Assembly: GCA_964653795.1 (NCBI GenBank)
Contig: CAZZHO010000001.1
Coordinates: 22,426-86,425, forward strand
Length of the DNA stretch: 64,000 nt
From: an uncultured Roseivirgaceae bacterium
GTDB lineage: Bacteria > Bacteroidota > Bacteroidia > Cytophagales > Cyclobacteriaceae
Direction: 5' to 3'
In this document: in pieces, positions 43,629-53,867 of the stretch
Numbering within the stretch: the first letter of the stretch is position 1
How the letters are laid out: every line of letters begins with the position of its first letter
Translations under genes and position numbers: made by a program
Notes under the pieces: generated by a model
The model's database searches: none
The model's input: the letters and a program-made list of their open reading frames with translations, nothing else
Told to the model about the DNA's origin: nothing

Positions 43629-44891
43629 ATGCAAGCATATGTAGCTGTTCTCAATTACGCTATACCCTTTTTTATTGTCCTCCTGCTGACGGAAGTACTA
43701 GTTGCCTGGCGAAAGAAGGCCAAAGTCATTCGATCAGTGGACACGCTCGCAAGTCTCAGTTCTGGGTTGACCAATGTTATCAAGGATGTACTAGGGTTGA
43801 CAGTAGTGATCATTTCCTATGCATGGGTTGAGGAGCGCGTAGGAGTACTGGATATAGAAGCAACGTGGTGGGTATATCTCGTAGCTTTTCTTGGGATTGA
43901 TTTTGCTGGTTACTGGTCTCACCGACTGTCTCATCAGGTCAATTATTTTTGGAACCATCACATTATCCATCATAGTAGTGAGGAGTTCAATCTTGGGTGT
44001 GCTCTGCGGCAAACTATATCCGCATGGTTCTCCATGTCTTTTATTTTCCTTTTCCCTGTTGCTCTATTGGGGGTTCCTCCAGCGGTAATTGCGGTGATTC
44101 AACCATTGCACCTGTTTGCCCAATATTGGTATCATACCAGGCTCATCGGAAAGATGGGATTTTTAGAGCATATCATCGTGACGCCATCTCATCATCGCGT
44201 TCATCATGCTATTAACGAAGTTTACTTGGATAAGAACCTCTCTCAGATCTTTATCTTCTGGGATAAGCTATTTGGTACTTTTCAGGAAGAATTGGATAGC
44301 GAGCCTCCAGTTTACGGAGTAAAAAGACCACTCAGGACCTGGAATCCGATTATCATCAACTTCTCGCACTTGTGGCTTTTGATCAAAGATGCATGGAGGA
44401 CGGAATCATTAGCTGCAAAATTCAAGATATGGTTTATGCCCACCGGATGGAGGCCTGAAGATGTAGTGGAAAAGTTTCCAGAGGAGGTCATTACCGATGT
44501 TCATTCCTATGAGAAATACGATAGCAAACCTTCATTAGGTCTACTTTGGTGGTCCTGGATACAATGGTTGGCAACATTTATAGTCATGATGCTGATGTTC
44601 AATAGTATTCCTGCTATCGGGATGTCAAATGCAATTTTGGTGGGGGCATTTCTGGTTTACACGATTTTTTCTTTTACAATGCTCATGGACAAACATCCAT
44701 GGTCTCTTATGGTGGAGTTCATTCGAGTAGCATTTGCTGTAGCAATCGTCTATTTTCAGTCCAATTCATTGGGTTTAAACTCAATGGCAGGCTACTTGAT
44801 TTTAGGATATAGTATGCTGTCCTTAATTCTAACTTTTTACTTCTTTAACACGGAGAAAAGGAGTTCCGGCTTGGTTGAGGCAACAGCCTAG
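43629..44891 (+). CDS. Fatty-acid hydroxylase / sterol desaturase-family membrane di-iron enzyme with an extra C-terminal TM region
   Basis: His boxes HRLSH, HHIIHH and HHRVHH. 420 aa. Confidence 0.8.
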   Translation: MQAYVAVLNYAIPFFIVLLLTEVLVAWRKKAKVIRSVDTLASLSSGLTNVIKDVLGLTVVIISYAWVEERVGVLDIEATWWVYLVAFLGIDFAGYWSHRLSHQVNYFWNHHIIHHSSEEFNLGCALRQTISAWFSMSFIFLFPVALLGVPPAVIAVIQPLHLFAQYWYHTRLIGKMGFLEHIIVTPSHHRVHHAINEVYLDKNLSQIFIFWDKLFGTFQEELDSEPPVYGVKRPLRTWNPIIINFSHLWLLIKDAWRTESLAAKFKIWFMPTGWRPEDVVEKFPEEVITDVHSYEKYDSKPSLGLLWWSWIQWLATFIVMMLMFNSIPAIGMSNAILVGAFLVYTIFSFTMLMDKHPWSLMVEFIRVAFAVAIVYFQSNSLGLNSMAGYLILGYSMLSLILTFYFFNTEKRSSGLVEATA

Positions 44892-44895
44892 GGCA

Positions 44896-45741
44896 TTATT
44901 TCCTTCTCAGGTCATAGAACACCCCTAAAGAAATAGAAGGGCTGGCCAGAATATTTTGACCTTTAAAAGCACCTAGTACAGACCCAGATATTCCCAATCC
45001 ACCTTTGAAATTATAGGCCACTTCTGGTCCAAAAGAAATGTATTCTGTGTTGTTTGAGAATATGCCGGTTTGGCTTGCTTCAGCATTTCCATTTTGTAGG
45101 CTCTCTACCCAATCCATTTTCAATGCTAAGAACCATGAATTTATGGAGGTACCAGCTTCCAGTCCTGCTCTAAATTCATCAGAGAATCCATTCGTCCTGT
45201 TATTGATGCCTAAATACCCGGCGGCATAGAATGGTTTTGGGTAAAAGGAATAGCCTGCATGGACTCTGAGTATTTGGTTGAATTCACCGTCACCTGATTG
45301 AAGTAGTTGTGAATTACCACCGTTTGTTTGACCTGAGGGAATCCCAAAGACCAAGCTTGTAGATAAAACGAATGGCCCCTTTTTCAAGATTCCATACTGT
45401 AATCCCAGATTTACATCTCCAAAGCTATTTGCTTCATCAGCCTCTTCCATGTTTGGAGAAAGAGTGAATTCTTGAGCGTTAATTGTATTTCTAAAGAAGA
45501 ATGGTACATAAGCAACTGCTGTTAAATTATTTGTTAGTCCATATTCTCCATAGAAGCTTGAGATATAAACACCAGCTGTTTTGATGTCTCTGATAGTACC
45601 TTCAGGAGTATAGAAACTCTCCGACACTATTATGGTCTCTGACAATTTAAAAAATCCCTCACCTTTAGCTTTTGGCCATGCGCCCTGCGCCGAACCGCAA
45701 AGTGATGCTAAAGAAAATATAGCGATAAGTGCTTGTTTCAT
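44896..45741 (-). CDS. Putative outer-membrane beta-barrel protein
   Basis: Signal peptide ending SAQG, alternating amphipathic strands, and a C-terminal aromatic-containing strand (LGVFYDLRRK). 281 aa. Confidence 0.55.
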   Translation of the reverse strand: MKQALIAIFSLASLCGSAQGAWPKAKGEGFFKLSETIIVSESFYTPEGTIRDIKTAGVYISSFYGEYGLTNNLTAVAYVPFFFRNTINAQEFTLSPNMEEADEANSFGDVNLGLQYGILKKGPFVLSTSLVFGIPSGQTNGGNSQLLQSGDGEFNQILRVHAGYSFYPKPFYAAGYLGINNRTNGFSDEFRAGLEAGTSINSWFLALKMDWVESLQNGNAEASQTGIFSNNTEYISFGPEVAYNFKGGLGISGSVLGAFKGQNILASPSISLGVFYDLRRK

Positions 45742-45743
45742 GA

Positions 45744-46688
45744 TTAATTGCTTAGTTCAGCTGTTCCAAATCCAACACCAAAAGGCTTGCAGTAGAGAAT
45801 TACAAAGTTGAAGTCACCAATCCCTACACCACTTGGGATTTCATAGATGTCTGCTCCCCTTGTCGATCTTAAATCTCCGAGCTCAATACCGCCAGTAACA
45901 CCTGTAGCCGAATTGCTCAAATAGACATATAATCCGGGACCATTTTGTATAGAAAAATTGTCGGAAAACTCTAACTGAATACTTCCATCACTATTGGTTA
46001 CGAGACTAACGGAGCCAGAGGCTGTATAGCCGTTTAACCCTCTGATATCCCCTGACCTTGTTAGTGCTTCAGATGATCCGATGGTGAGATCAATAAAACC
46101 TTGAGCAGAACCGGAAGAAACTAAAATCCTTACCATGCCATCGCTAACGCCTGTAACAAGCCCGTTTTCATCGACAGTTGCTATTGATTCATCTCCGCTG
46201 CTCCATGCTACTTCTACGCCGCTTACTTCCATTCCACTTACGTTAAGGGCTCTGCTGCTCAACTGTAAAGTACCTTCCACATCCAATAGCGCGTTATCAC
46301 CAACAGAATTGACTTCTAAAATTGCTACTGCCTCTGCGTCATCTATTACCGCAATCATAATAGGTTCGCTTGCTACCCCTAGTGCCTCGGCGGTTACGAA
46401 TGCATTTCCAGTACTCAAAGCTTCTACCATTCCAGTTTCTGATATACTGACAATGTTAGGGTCCGAACTACTCCATATGGCATCTTCGAATGCAAAAGAT
46501 CCTCCTAAATCACTAGTGGCGATTAGATCTAATGAAGCAGTTTCGCCAACCAACTTGGCGAAGTTGCCATTGACTGTGGTAACGTCGCTTGGCGGCACAA
46601 TTTCAAGAGATGCTAAAGTGTCCTCCACCAGGTCAATGCCGGTACAAGCTGGAAGTACAAGGAGAAAAAGCAGTTTTCGAAGATTCAT
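45744..46688 (-). CDS. Lipoprotein with Big_2-like Ig repeats and a C-terminal DM13-like domain
   Basis: Lipobox LPACTG, two Ig-like repeats (...WSSSDPNIVSISETGMVEALSTGNAFVTA...; ...WSSGDESIATVDENGLVTGVSDGMVRILV...) and a C-terminal ...GSVSLV...QLEFSDNFSIQNGPGLYVYLS... block. Confidence 0.6.
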   Translation of the reverse strand: MNLRKLLFLLVLPACTGIDLVEDTLASLEIVPPSDVTTVNGNFAKLVGETASLDLIATSDLGGSFAFEDAIWSSSDPNIVSISETGMVEALSTGNAFVTAEALGVASEPIMIAVIDDAEAVAILEVNSVGDNALLDVEGTLQLSSRALNVSGMEVSGVEVAWSSGDESIATVDENGLVTGVSDGMVRILVSSGSAQGFIDLTIGSSEALTRSGDIRGLNGYTASGSVSLVTNSDGSIQLEFSDNFSIQNGPGLYVYLSNSATGVTGGIELGDLRSTRGADIYEIPSGVGIGDFNFVILYCKPFGVGFGTAELSN

Positions 46689-46800
46689 TCTGATTCTATT
46701 ATGATCCTCAGTACTGAAATGTGTACCTACAGGTTTCTTAGCACCTGTGTCTATCCTCCTTGTTTGTCAATGAGAAGACCTTCAGGCGGGCATAGAGCCC

Positions 46801-49575
46801 TTAAAAAGAGTCTAAGAAGTTTCTTCTTCTTTTCAATTTCAGTTCTTGTAGTAATGGATCTCTAGGCTGGATAACTAGCTGGAAAGATTGGAATCTTCCA
46901 AAAGGAACTACATTAAAACTTAGCGTCCAGCAGTGCAGGTCTCTGTTTATGCTGATTCTTGTCGTTGTGAAATCTTTGGCTTCAAGATCATATCCAGAGT
47001 TAAATGATACCTGAGTCTTTGGCGTTAGTGCAAGTGAACCGCTGAAGGCGAGCGTTTGCGTGATATTGGGATCTTCAAAACCTACCTTACTCCTGGAAAT
47101 GGAATAGTTCACAGATAACCTCCAAGGCAGATTGAAATCTACATAGGCTTCTGGGTTATTCTGAATTTGAGCTATTTCGTCTTGAGTGCCAAAGCCATCG
47201 GCTATAGACGGATCATCAAAAAAGCTGGTCCCCAGCCCCCCGCTTTGATTGGCAGAGTCATTTGTATCCTCAGGTTTTTTATCTCTTTTGAAGGTATTGG
47301 GACTAAGGCTTAAGGATATATTGGAGCCGATTCTCTGTAGTTGTCCTATACCTCTGCCAGCATCCCAGGCAAAGCGATTGACTCTTCTTTGTTCCACTCT
47401 TCTGTTACCAGTAATGGAAGTTTCTTCACTTATCAGTTCATATATATATGGGTCCACATTACCTGTCAGGTTGATGCTGATCGTGTTTTGGAACAAACTG
47501 GTTCTTGCTCGAAAGGAAAAGTCACTGAGCTGAAAAGAATCTGCTGCAAAGTTGTATCCCGTACTCGCCGATAGGTTATCGAATATCTTGATTTTCCGAA
47601 ACTCTTCACCAGTTGTGTCTTTCAAGTTTCTAACCTTCATTTCAAGGTTATTTTGAAGGCTGAATCCCACAGTTTGGCTTTCTCCAGGAGGATTAGTTTG
47701 ATAGAGGAATCCTTCGTATTTACTTAATCGCCTGGTGTTACCGATACTGTCTATTTGTACCTCTGATATTACACCTCTGCTAGGGTCAGTGAAGTCAGGG
47801 TTGTAAGAAAAGGATAAACTAGGGGTGATGACATGTCTTATCGCTTCAATTCTTTTGCCTTTTACGAAATAAGTACCATACGTAACAGTATTGATGGAAG
47901 CTCCGGTCCGCCAGTTTCCAGTTCTACTAAACTGATTGAGTGTATCTACTCTCACACCATTCAACTCTGCATCATACTCGTAAGAGAGCTCCTTAGTGTA
48001 CCAAAACTCCTGGTAGTTAAAAGTTGGAGACAGTGTGAAATGCTTTAAAACATTCAAAGATGTAGAGATGGGTATAGTATGTCGGCCTCCAAGCCTGGAC
48101 CTTTCGAAAACTCTATCTAACTCATTGAAGAACTCCAATGTGTCCGAATCTGCCTCGTTCTGATTCACAATATTCACACCTGATATGGAGGAGGAAACAG
48201 GGGAATTTGAGAACTCACTGCTTGCTACAAAATTGTGGCTGAGGTTAAGCTTCGCGAGAGGTGATTTACTGTCTCTTACAACCTTTTTCAAAGGATTAAT
48301 TCGATTTACGTTGAAAGTCATCTCCGGAAAGGTGATTCTCTGAATGTTGGTAGTAATGTTCTGGTTTTGCCTGGCTGCGAGCGAAAGCGAAGCCCATCTA
48401 TATCGTTGTTGGAAGCTTACATTGGAAGCAAATTGTGAGTTGATACTTCGTTGGAAATCTTGATTAACGAGGTTGTTATTTTGGTTGAATGACGAAGTAC
48501 CTGCAGAGACCGAAGCACTGAAACTGGACCTTCCTCTTGTCTGGGGAGTATGACTCCATCGAATCCATTGATCATTCACCTTAGTACCGCCCTCTACGTC
48601 ATCAGTTATGGTCCTATTGAAAGTGTAGGAAAAGTTTCCTCCGTACTTATACCGCTTCTTATATCGAGATGAGACATCAAAAGCGGATCCTCCAATCGTG
48701 TAAATATCCCCTGTTACCTGCAGATCAATATATTCACTTATGGCCCAGTAATATCCGCCATTTCTCAAGTAATAACCTCTGCGTCTTTCAGTACCCCATT
48801 GCGGGAAAATGACTCCAGAAACCTTTTTCTTGGGTTGAGGAAACATCCCAAAAGGGAACGCCAATGGGGTAGTTAGAGACTTATTTTCAGTAGATCGAAA
48901 TTTCAGGACAAAAGGCCCAGAAACGACCTTGTCTCCCGGAATCAATTTCAATTTGCTGGACTCTATAAAAAAGTGAGGATCTGCAAGGCTACACGTTGTG
49001 TATCGCGCATCTCGAATGAATAGCTCATCATTTTCATTCTTCTTGACTTTGTCACCATGCATGAAAGCACCATCCTGTTCTGTGACAACACCCTGAATTA
49101 CAGCCCGCTTGTTTTTGAAATTGTATACAATATCCTCTGTTTCGTAAACATCCTTTCCATCCGAAAAAATAGGTTTGCCAACCTTCCGGCCAACACTGTC
49201 TTTCAAGTACGCGGATTTTATAGTTTGATTTTGCCAATTCACAGTTGTCTTTTCAGCGTCGAGACTAATCTCTGCATAGTCGATGTGACTTTCACCGTAC
49301 ATACTAATGGCCTGATTCTTTACATCGAAAAAGATGGAATCTCGAGCGTTGTAGTTGATAGTGGTTTCAATTTCCGACTGGGCGGGAGCCTTAATTGGCA
49401 CACTGTCGCTCTTCGCTTTTCTCTTGGGAAAAAGCGTAGGCAATGAATCCGGTAGCTGGATCGTTGGAGCTAATGTGGCTTTCGACGATAAACTGTCTAC
49501 TTGCAATGAGTCTGCCTGAGAGTAACCAGCAATAGTGAAAACAATGAATAAACAGGAAAAAACAACCCTCCGCAA
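46801..49575 (-). CDS. lptD: Putative LPS-assembly outer-membrane protein LptD (Bacteroidota type)
   Basis: 924 aa with a signal peptide, an OstA-like N-terminal region (...RDARYTTCSLADPHFFIESSKLKLIPG...) and a long beta-rich C-terminus. The divergent amidase neighbour is typical. TTG start. Confidence 0.7.
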   Translation of the reverse strand: MRRVVFSCLFIVFTIAGYSQADSLQVDSLSSKATLAPTIQLPDSLPTLFPKRKAKSDSVPIKAPAQSEIETTINYNARDSIFFDVKNQAISMYGESHIDYAEISLDAEKTTVNWQNQTIKSAYLKDSVGRKVGKPIFSDGKDVYETEDIVYNFKNKRAVIQGVVTEQDGAFMHGDKVKKNENDELFIRDARYTTCSLADPHFFIESSKLKLIPGDKVVSGPFVLKFRSTENKSLTTPLAFPFGMFPQPKKKVSGVIFPQWGTERRRGYYLRNGGYYWAISEYIDLQVTGDIYTIGGSAFDVSSRYKKRYKYGGNFSYTFNRTITDDVEGGTKVNDQWIRWSHTPQTRGRSSFSASVSAGTSSFNQNNNLVNQDFQRSINSQFASNVSFQQRYRWASLSLAARQNQNITTNIQRITFPEMTFNVNRINPLKKVVRDSKSPLAKLNLSHNFVASSEFSNSPVSSSISGVNIVNQNEADSDTLEFFNELDRVFERSRLGGRHTIPISTSLNVLKHFTLSPTFNYQEFWYTKELSYEYDAELNGVRVDTLNQFSRTGNWRTGASINTVTYGTYFVKGKRIEAIRHVITPSLSFSYNPDFTDPSRGVISEVQIDSIGNTRRLSKYEGFLYQTNPPGESQTVGFSLQNNLEMKVRNLKDTTGEEFRKIKIFDNLSASTGYNFAADSFQLSDFSFRARTSLFQNTISINLTGNVDPYIYELISEETSITGNRRVEQRRVNRFAWDAGRGIGQLQRIGSNISLSLSPNTFKRDKKPEDTNDSANQSGGLGTSFFDDPSIADGFGTQDEIAQIQNNPEAYVDFNLPWRLSVNYSISRSKVGFEDPNITQTLAFSGSLALTPKTQVSFNSGYDLEAKDFTTTRISINRDLHCWTLSFNVVPFGRFQSFQLVIQPRDPLLQELKLKRRRNFLDSF

Positions 49576-49656
49576 GCAGTCCTTAAATTTTGATTTTGGG
49601 GAAAAATCTACATTTTTGCGTAAAATTATCGCATTTTAAATTACAACAGCAGGAGG

Positions 49657-50439
49657 GTGAAAAATATTGCGATATTGATGACCTTTTCTTTGCTGCTGAT
49701 CTTGGCATCCTTTTCGCCAACAAATGACCGCAGCGAAATAATCTCCCGAATAGTCATAGATCCGGGACACGGGGGAAAAGACCCTGGAACTCACGGGGCC
49801 ATCTCAAAAGAAAAAGATTTAGCACTCAAAATAGCCAAACATTTGGGGCGTATAATGTCTGAAGAACTTCCGGATGTGGAGGTGCTTTATACCAGGACGG
49901 ACGACAGTTTTCCTACCCTGCAAGAGCGTTCTGATTTCGCTAACAAAAGTGGTGCAGATCTTTTCGTTTCGGTCCATTGCAACTGGATAAGCAATCCTCG
50001 AGTATTTGGTACTGAAACTTACGTAATGGGTCTGCATAAGAACGACGAAAACTTCGAAGTGGCCAGAAGAGAGAATGCGGTCATTCTGCAGGAAGATAAC
50101 TACGAAGAAAATTATGATGGTTTTGATCCGAACTCCCCGGAATCCTACATTTTTCTAACGCTTCAGCAAAGTGCATTTCAGGCAGGTAGCCTCTCGCTGG
50201 CGGAAAAAATAGAAAACCAGTTGGGTACTCGAGCTGGCCGCAGAAGCAGGGGAGTGAAATCTGCAGGCTTCTATGTACTGTTTAATACCACTATGCCTAG
50301 TGTTTTGGTGGAGACAGGTTATTTAAGTAATGCCACTGAAGAAAGAGACCTCAACGATGACTTAAAACAACGCTATATTGCGTCAGGGATCTATCGTGCG
50401 ATCCGCGATTATAAAGAAGAAGTTGAATCCACAAATTAG
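49657..50439 (+). CDS. N-acetylmuramoyl-L-alanine amidase (Amidase_3)
   Basis: IVIDPGHGGKDPG and ...SVHCN... zinc-ligand motifs. GTG start. Confidence 0.88.
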   Translation: MKNIAILMTFSLLLILASFSPTNDRSEIISRIVIDPGHGGKDPGTHGAISKEKDLALKIAKHLGRIMSEELPDVEVLYTRTDDSFPTLQERSDFANKSGADLFVSVHCNWISNPRVFGTETYVMGLHKNDENFEVARRENAVILQEDNYEENYDGFDPNSPESYIFLTLQQSAFQAGSLSLAEKIENQLGTRAGRRSRGVKSAGFYVLFNTTMPSVLVETGYLSNATEERDLNDDLKQRYIASGIYRAIRDYKEEVESTN

Positions 50440-50445
50440 AGGTAG

Positions 50446-51369
50446 GTGTCAAAAGAAATACGAATTGCCATTATAGCCATTGTTTCGGCTGCAATACTGT
50501 ATTATGGTTTCAATTTTTTGAAAGGCTCTGATTTCCTTTCAAGGTCCAATTATTACTACGCCATATATCCAAATATTGGCACTCTGGCAAAATCCAATCC
50601 TGTCAAAATAAATGGGGTGCCTGTTGGTAAAGTAAATGGCATTAAGCTTTTGCCAAATCAAGGAAATAAAGTATTGGTCTCATTTGACGTCCAAGAGGAT
50701 GTGATATTGGGGGATAGCTCGGTTGCGGAGCTCAGCAGTGATCTTTTGGGAGGGAATTCCATCGTCATTAAAGTTGGAAAAGTGCTAACACCTAAAGAGC
50801 CTGGAGATACTATTATCTCGAGAATAGATAAGGGGCTGGAGGAGATCATTGAGAGCGCACAGCCTGTGGCTAACAACTTAAACCTTACCATTAACCGGCT
50901 AAACGAATTGTTGGCGGAATTTCAAGGTCTTGGCACTGAATTGCAGACTACAGTCAAAACCTTAGACACCACTTTGACTACAGTCAATAGGTTGATGGTG
51001 CATAACCAAAGTGCTATTTCCGGAATACTTAGAAATACTAATTCGGTGATGGCGAACGTCAATCAAAGGGTTTTGGAGCTGGAAGGAATCATGACCAAAA
51101 CAGGTGCTGTATTGGATTCAGTAGATGCTGCCAGTATTGCCAATACATTGAAAGAGATGGAGATGCTCACCTCTCAAGTGGCTGATTTGACTCAAAAAAT
51201 TAATGAGGGTGAAGGTACCATTGGCAAGTTGATGACAGATGATAGTCTTTACGCAAACCTGAATAAGCTGTTAATGGATTTAGATACTTTGGTGGTCCAT
51301 TTCGATCAATATCCGAAGGACTTCCTTGCTCCTTTAGGTCGTAAGCACAAAAAATTGAAAGGTAACTAG
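50446..51369 (+). CDS. MlaD/MCE-family protein
   Basis: N-terminal TM helix followed by an MCE domain (...NPVKINGVPVGKVNGIKL...) and a coiled-coil tail. GTG start. Confidence 0.75.
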   Translation: MSKEIRIAIIAIVSAAILYYGFNFLKGSDFLSRSNYYYAIYPNIGTLAKSNPVKINGVPVGKVNGIKLLPNQGNKVLVSFDVQEDVILGDSSVAELSSDLLGGNSIVIKVGKVLTPKEPGDTIISRIDKGLEEIIESAQPVANNLNLTINRLNELLAEFQGLGTELQTTVKTLDTTLTTVNRLMVHNQSAISGILRNTNSVMANVNQRVLELEGIMTKTGAVLDSVDAASIANTLKEMEMLTSQVADLTQKINEGEGTIGKLMTDDSLYANLNKLLMDLDTLVVHFDQYPKDFLAPLGRKHKKLKGN

Positions 51370-51375
51370 AGCTCA

Positions 51376-53025
51376 ATGCCAAAATCGGATATCACATTCA
51401 GTAAGAATGAAGATGAAAACAAACTCCTATTAGATAAACTAAAGCACCGTCTTTCAAAGGTTTATTTGGGTGGAGGGGAGAAGAAAATCGCTTCTCAACA
51501 CAAAAAGAACAAGCTTACTGCAAGGGAGCGTATTGATTATCTTTTGGATAATGGCAAGCCGCAAATGGAAGTTGGAGCATTTGCAGCGGATGGCATGTAT
51601 GAGGAGCAGGGTGGATGTCCATCTGCTGGGGTTGTAGTAGTGATCGGTTATGTCTCGGGAAAACAGTGTGTGGTGGTAGCGAATGATGCGACAGTGAAAG
51701 CTGGCGCTTGGTTCCCTATGACAGCAAAGAAGAACCTCCGAGCTCAGGAAATAGCCATGGAGAATCATCTGCCTATAATTTATTTGGTGGATAGTGCAGG
51801 TGTGTTCCTGCCAATGCAGGATGAGATCTTCCCCGATAAGGAACACTTCGGAAGGCAGTTTAGAAATAATGCTGTGATGTCTTCTAAAGGCATCGTGCAA
51901 ATAGCGGCTATTATGGGAAGTTGCGTCGCCGGAGGGGCTTATTTGCCTATCATGTCAGATGAGGCCTTGATAGTCGATAAAACAGGTTCCATATTCCTTG
52001 CCGGTAGTTATTTGGTCAAGGCTGCTATCGGTGAAGATATTGACAATGAGACACTAGGAGGTGCCACTACGCATTGTGAAATATCCGGGGTTACTGACAA
52101 TAAGTTTGATTCTGATCAGGATTGCCTAGATGCTATAAAGAGGATCTTTGATAAGATTGGCTCAAAAACAGAAGTGAGTTTTGATAGAAAAGAGTCAAAA
52201 CCACCTCAAAAGTCAGAGAAAGATATTTATGGTCTTTTTCCATCAGATAGATCCCAACAGTATGATGCCAGAGATATAATAGAACGGTTGGTTGATAACT
52301 CTGAATTTGACGAGTACAAATCTGATTATGGCAAGACGATAGTATGTGGTACTGCCAGAATTGATGGATGGGCAGTAGGGATTGTAGCCAATCAAAGAAA
52401 AGTTGTCAAAGCCAAGAAAAGCGGAGGGAGTAGCGAAATGCAGCTTGGCGGGGTTATTTATTCTGACTCTGCAGATAAGGCTGCTAGGTTTATCATGAAC
52501 TGCAACCAAAGATTGATACCGTTAATCTTTTTGCATGATGTTAACGGATTTATGATTGGGAGTAGGTCCGAACATGGGGGAATCATTAAGGATGGTGCGA
52601 AAATGGTTAATGCTGTCTCCAATTCTGTAGTACCTAAGTTCAGCATTGTGATGGGGAGTTCCTATGGTGCAGGTAACTATGCCATGTGTGGTAAAGCATA
52701 TGATCCCAGACTTATTTACGCCTGGCCAACCGCTGAGATCGCGGTTATGAGTGGTAATTCTGCCGCCAAAACACTACTTCAGATCAAAATTGCTGGTCTT
52801 GAAGCAAAAGGGCAGGAAATCAGCGAAGAGGAGAAGGACAAGATGCTGAAGGAGATTAAAGATTCTTATGATGAGAAGATCAGTCCATACTATGCGGCAT
52901 CTCAATTGTGGGTGGACGGTATTATAGATCCTCTTGAAACCAGAAAAGTTATTTCTGAAGGCATTAACGCTGCGAGCCATGCTCCCATTGAAAGAAACAT
53001 GAATGTGGGGGTAATCCAGACATGA
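51376..53025 (+). CDS. Acyl-CoA carboxylase carboxyltransferase (beta) subunit (methylcrotonyl-/propionyl-CoA carboxylase type)
   Basis: Carboxyl_trans domain, 549 aa, with motifs ...VVANDATVKAGAW... and ...PKFSIVMGSSYGAGNYAM... Confidence 0.88.
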   Translation: MPKSDITFSKNEDENKLLLDKLKHRLSKVYLGGGEKKIASQHKKNKLTARERIDYLLDNGKPQMEVGAFAADGMYEEQGGCPSAGVVVVIGYVSGKQCVVVANDATVKAGAWFPMTAKKNLRAQEIAMENHLPIIYLVDSAGVFLPMQDEIFPDKEHFGRQFRNNAVMSSKGIVQIAAIMGSCVAGGAYLPIMSDEALIVDKTGSIFLAGSYLVKAAIGEDIDNETLGGATTHCEISGVTDNKFDSDQDCLDAIKRIFDKIGSKTEVSFDRKESKPPQKSEKDIYGLFPSDRSQQYDARDIIERLVDNSEFDEYKSDYGKTIVCGTARIDGWAVGIVANQRKVVKAKKSGGSSEMQLGGVIYSDSADKAARFIMNCNQRLIPLIFLHDVNGFMIGSRSEHGGIIKDGAKMVNAVSNSVVPKFSIVMGSSYGAGNYAMCGKAYDPRLIYAWPTAEIAVMSGNSAAKTLLQIKIAGLEAKGQEISEEEKDKMLKEIKDSYDEKISPYYAASQLWVDGIIDPLETRKVISEGINAASHAPIERNMNVGVIQT

Positions 53026-53867
53026 AAGAATCTGAATTAAAGGCTTTAGTAGTCTTATTGGATGACGAAGATCATGAGGTAATTACCCATGTTGAGCAAC
53101 AGATTATGTCTATGGGCACAAGTATCATCCCCTTCCTGGAACAAGAATGGGAGATTCACTTTAATCCTACTTTGCAGCGTAGATTGGAAGATCTGATTCA
53201 TCAGCTTCAATTTGAGCTAGTCCAAGAGAGGCTTACCAAATGGAGGGAAGGGGAGATGTCTGATTTGTTGGAAGGTCTTTGGATTTTATGCACTTATCAA
53301 TACCCTGATCTAGAGTATCAGACGCTTTCAAATCAAATTGAGGAGTTGTATATCGAAATATGGCGGGAGCTACGTGATGATTTATCACCATTCGATCAAG
53401 TGAAAGTCCTCAATAGTGTATTTTTTGATCGCTTTGGTTTTAGAGCAAATACGAAGAACTTTCATTCTCCCGCTAATTCTATGTTGAATGCAGTGCTAGA
53501 AAGTAAACGGGGAAATCCGATCTCTCTTGGAGCCATTTACTCCTTGGTGTGTTCGAAGCTGGAAATGCCAGTATATGGTGTGAATTTGCCGAATTTGTTC
53601 ATTTTGACTTACAAGTCCGAAAAACTTCAGTTCTATATCAATGTATTTAACAAGGGTCTGATTTTTTCAAAAGAGGACATTGATAATTACATAGACCATT
53701 TGCAACTCACGCCTCAGGAGATGTACTTCCAACCATGCTCAAACTTGGATATTGTCACTCGATTTGCCAGGAACTTGGTGGTGTCCTTTGAAAAGCTAGG
53801 GGAATACCAGAAAGGTGATGAGGTGAAGACCCTATTGAAGTGTTTAGATCAGAATTACCTTTCTTAA
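53022..53867 (+). CDS. Transglutaminase-like / SirB1-family protein
   Basis: ...RGNPISLGAIYSLVCSKLEMPVYGVNLPNLFIL... core. It has a 4-nt overlap with the upstream gene. Confidence 0.65.
   Translation: MKESELKALVVLLDDEDHEVITHVEQQIMSMGTSIIPFLEQEWEIHFNPTLQRRLEDLIHQLQFELVQERLTKWREGEMSDLLEGLWILCTYQYPDLEYQTLSNQIEELYIEIWRELRDDLSPFDQVKVLNSVFFDRFGFRANTKNFHSPANSMLNAVLESKRGNPISLGAIYSLVCSKLEMPVYGVNLPNLFILTYKSEKLQFYINVFNKGLIFSKEDIDNYIDHLQLTPQEMYFQPCSNLDIVTRFARNLVVSFEKLGEYQKGDEVKTLLKCLDQNYLS

Noticed and set aside
46135-46704. 189-aa plus-strand ORF rich in Ser/Thr/Pro/Leu.
   Set aside because: It is the antisense shadow of the Ig-repeat/DM13 lipoprotein gene. Its low-complexity composition mirrors the Ser/Gly/Val/Asp-rich sense frame.
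46729-46748. Hairpin ACAGGT-N8-ACCTGT between lptD and the DM13 lipoprotein gene.
   Set aside because: It has only a 6-bp stem and no U-tract on the transcribed (minus) strand, so it is not a convincing terminator.
49651-49656. AGGAGG directly before the amidase GTG start, considered as a Shine-Dalgarno site.
   Set aside because: The spacing to the GTG is 0-1 nt, and 22 nt to the next ATG. Neither is compatible with SD function, and the other genes here lack SD sequences.
51454-51900. 148-aa minus-strand ORF, plus similar ORFs at 42003-42419, 20440-20827 and 28590-28955.
   Set aside because: All lie antisense within strongly identified genes (carboxyltransferase, lysS, sulfite reductase, permease).
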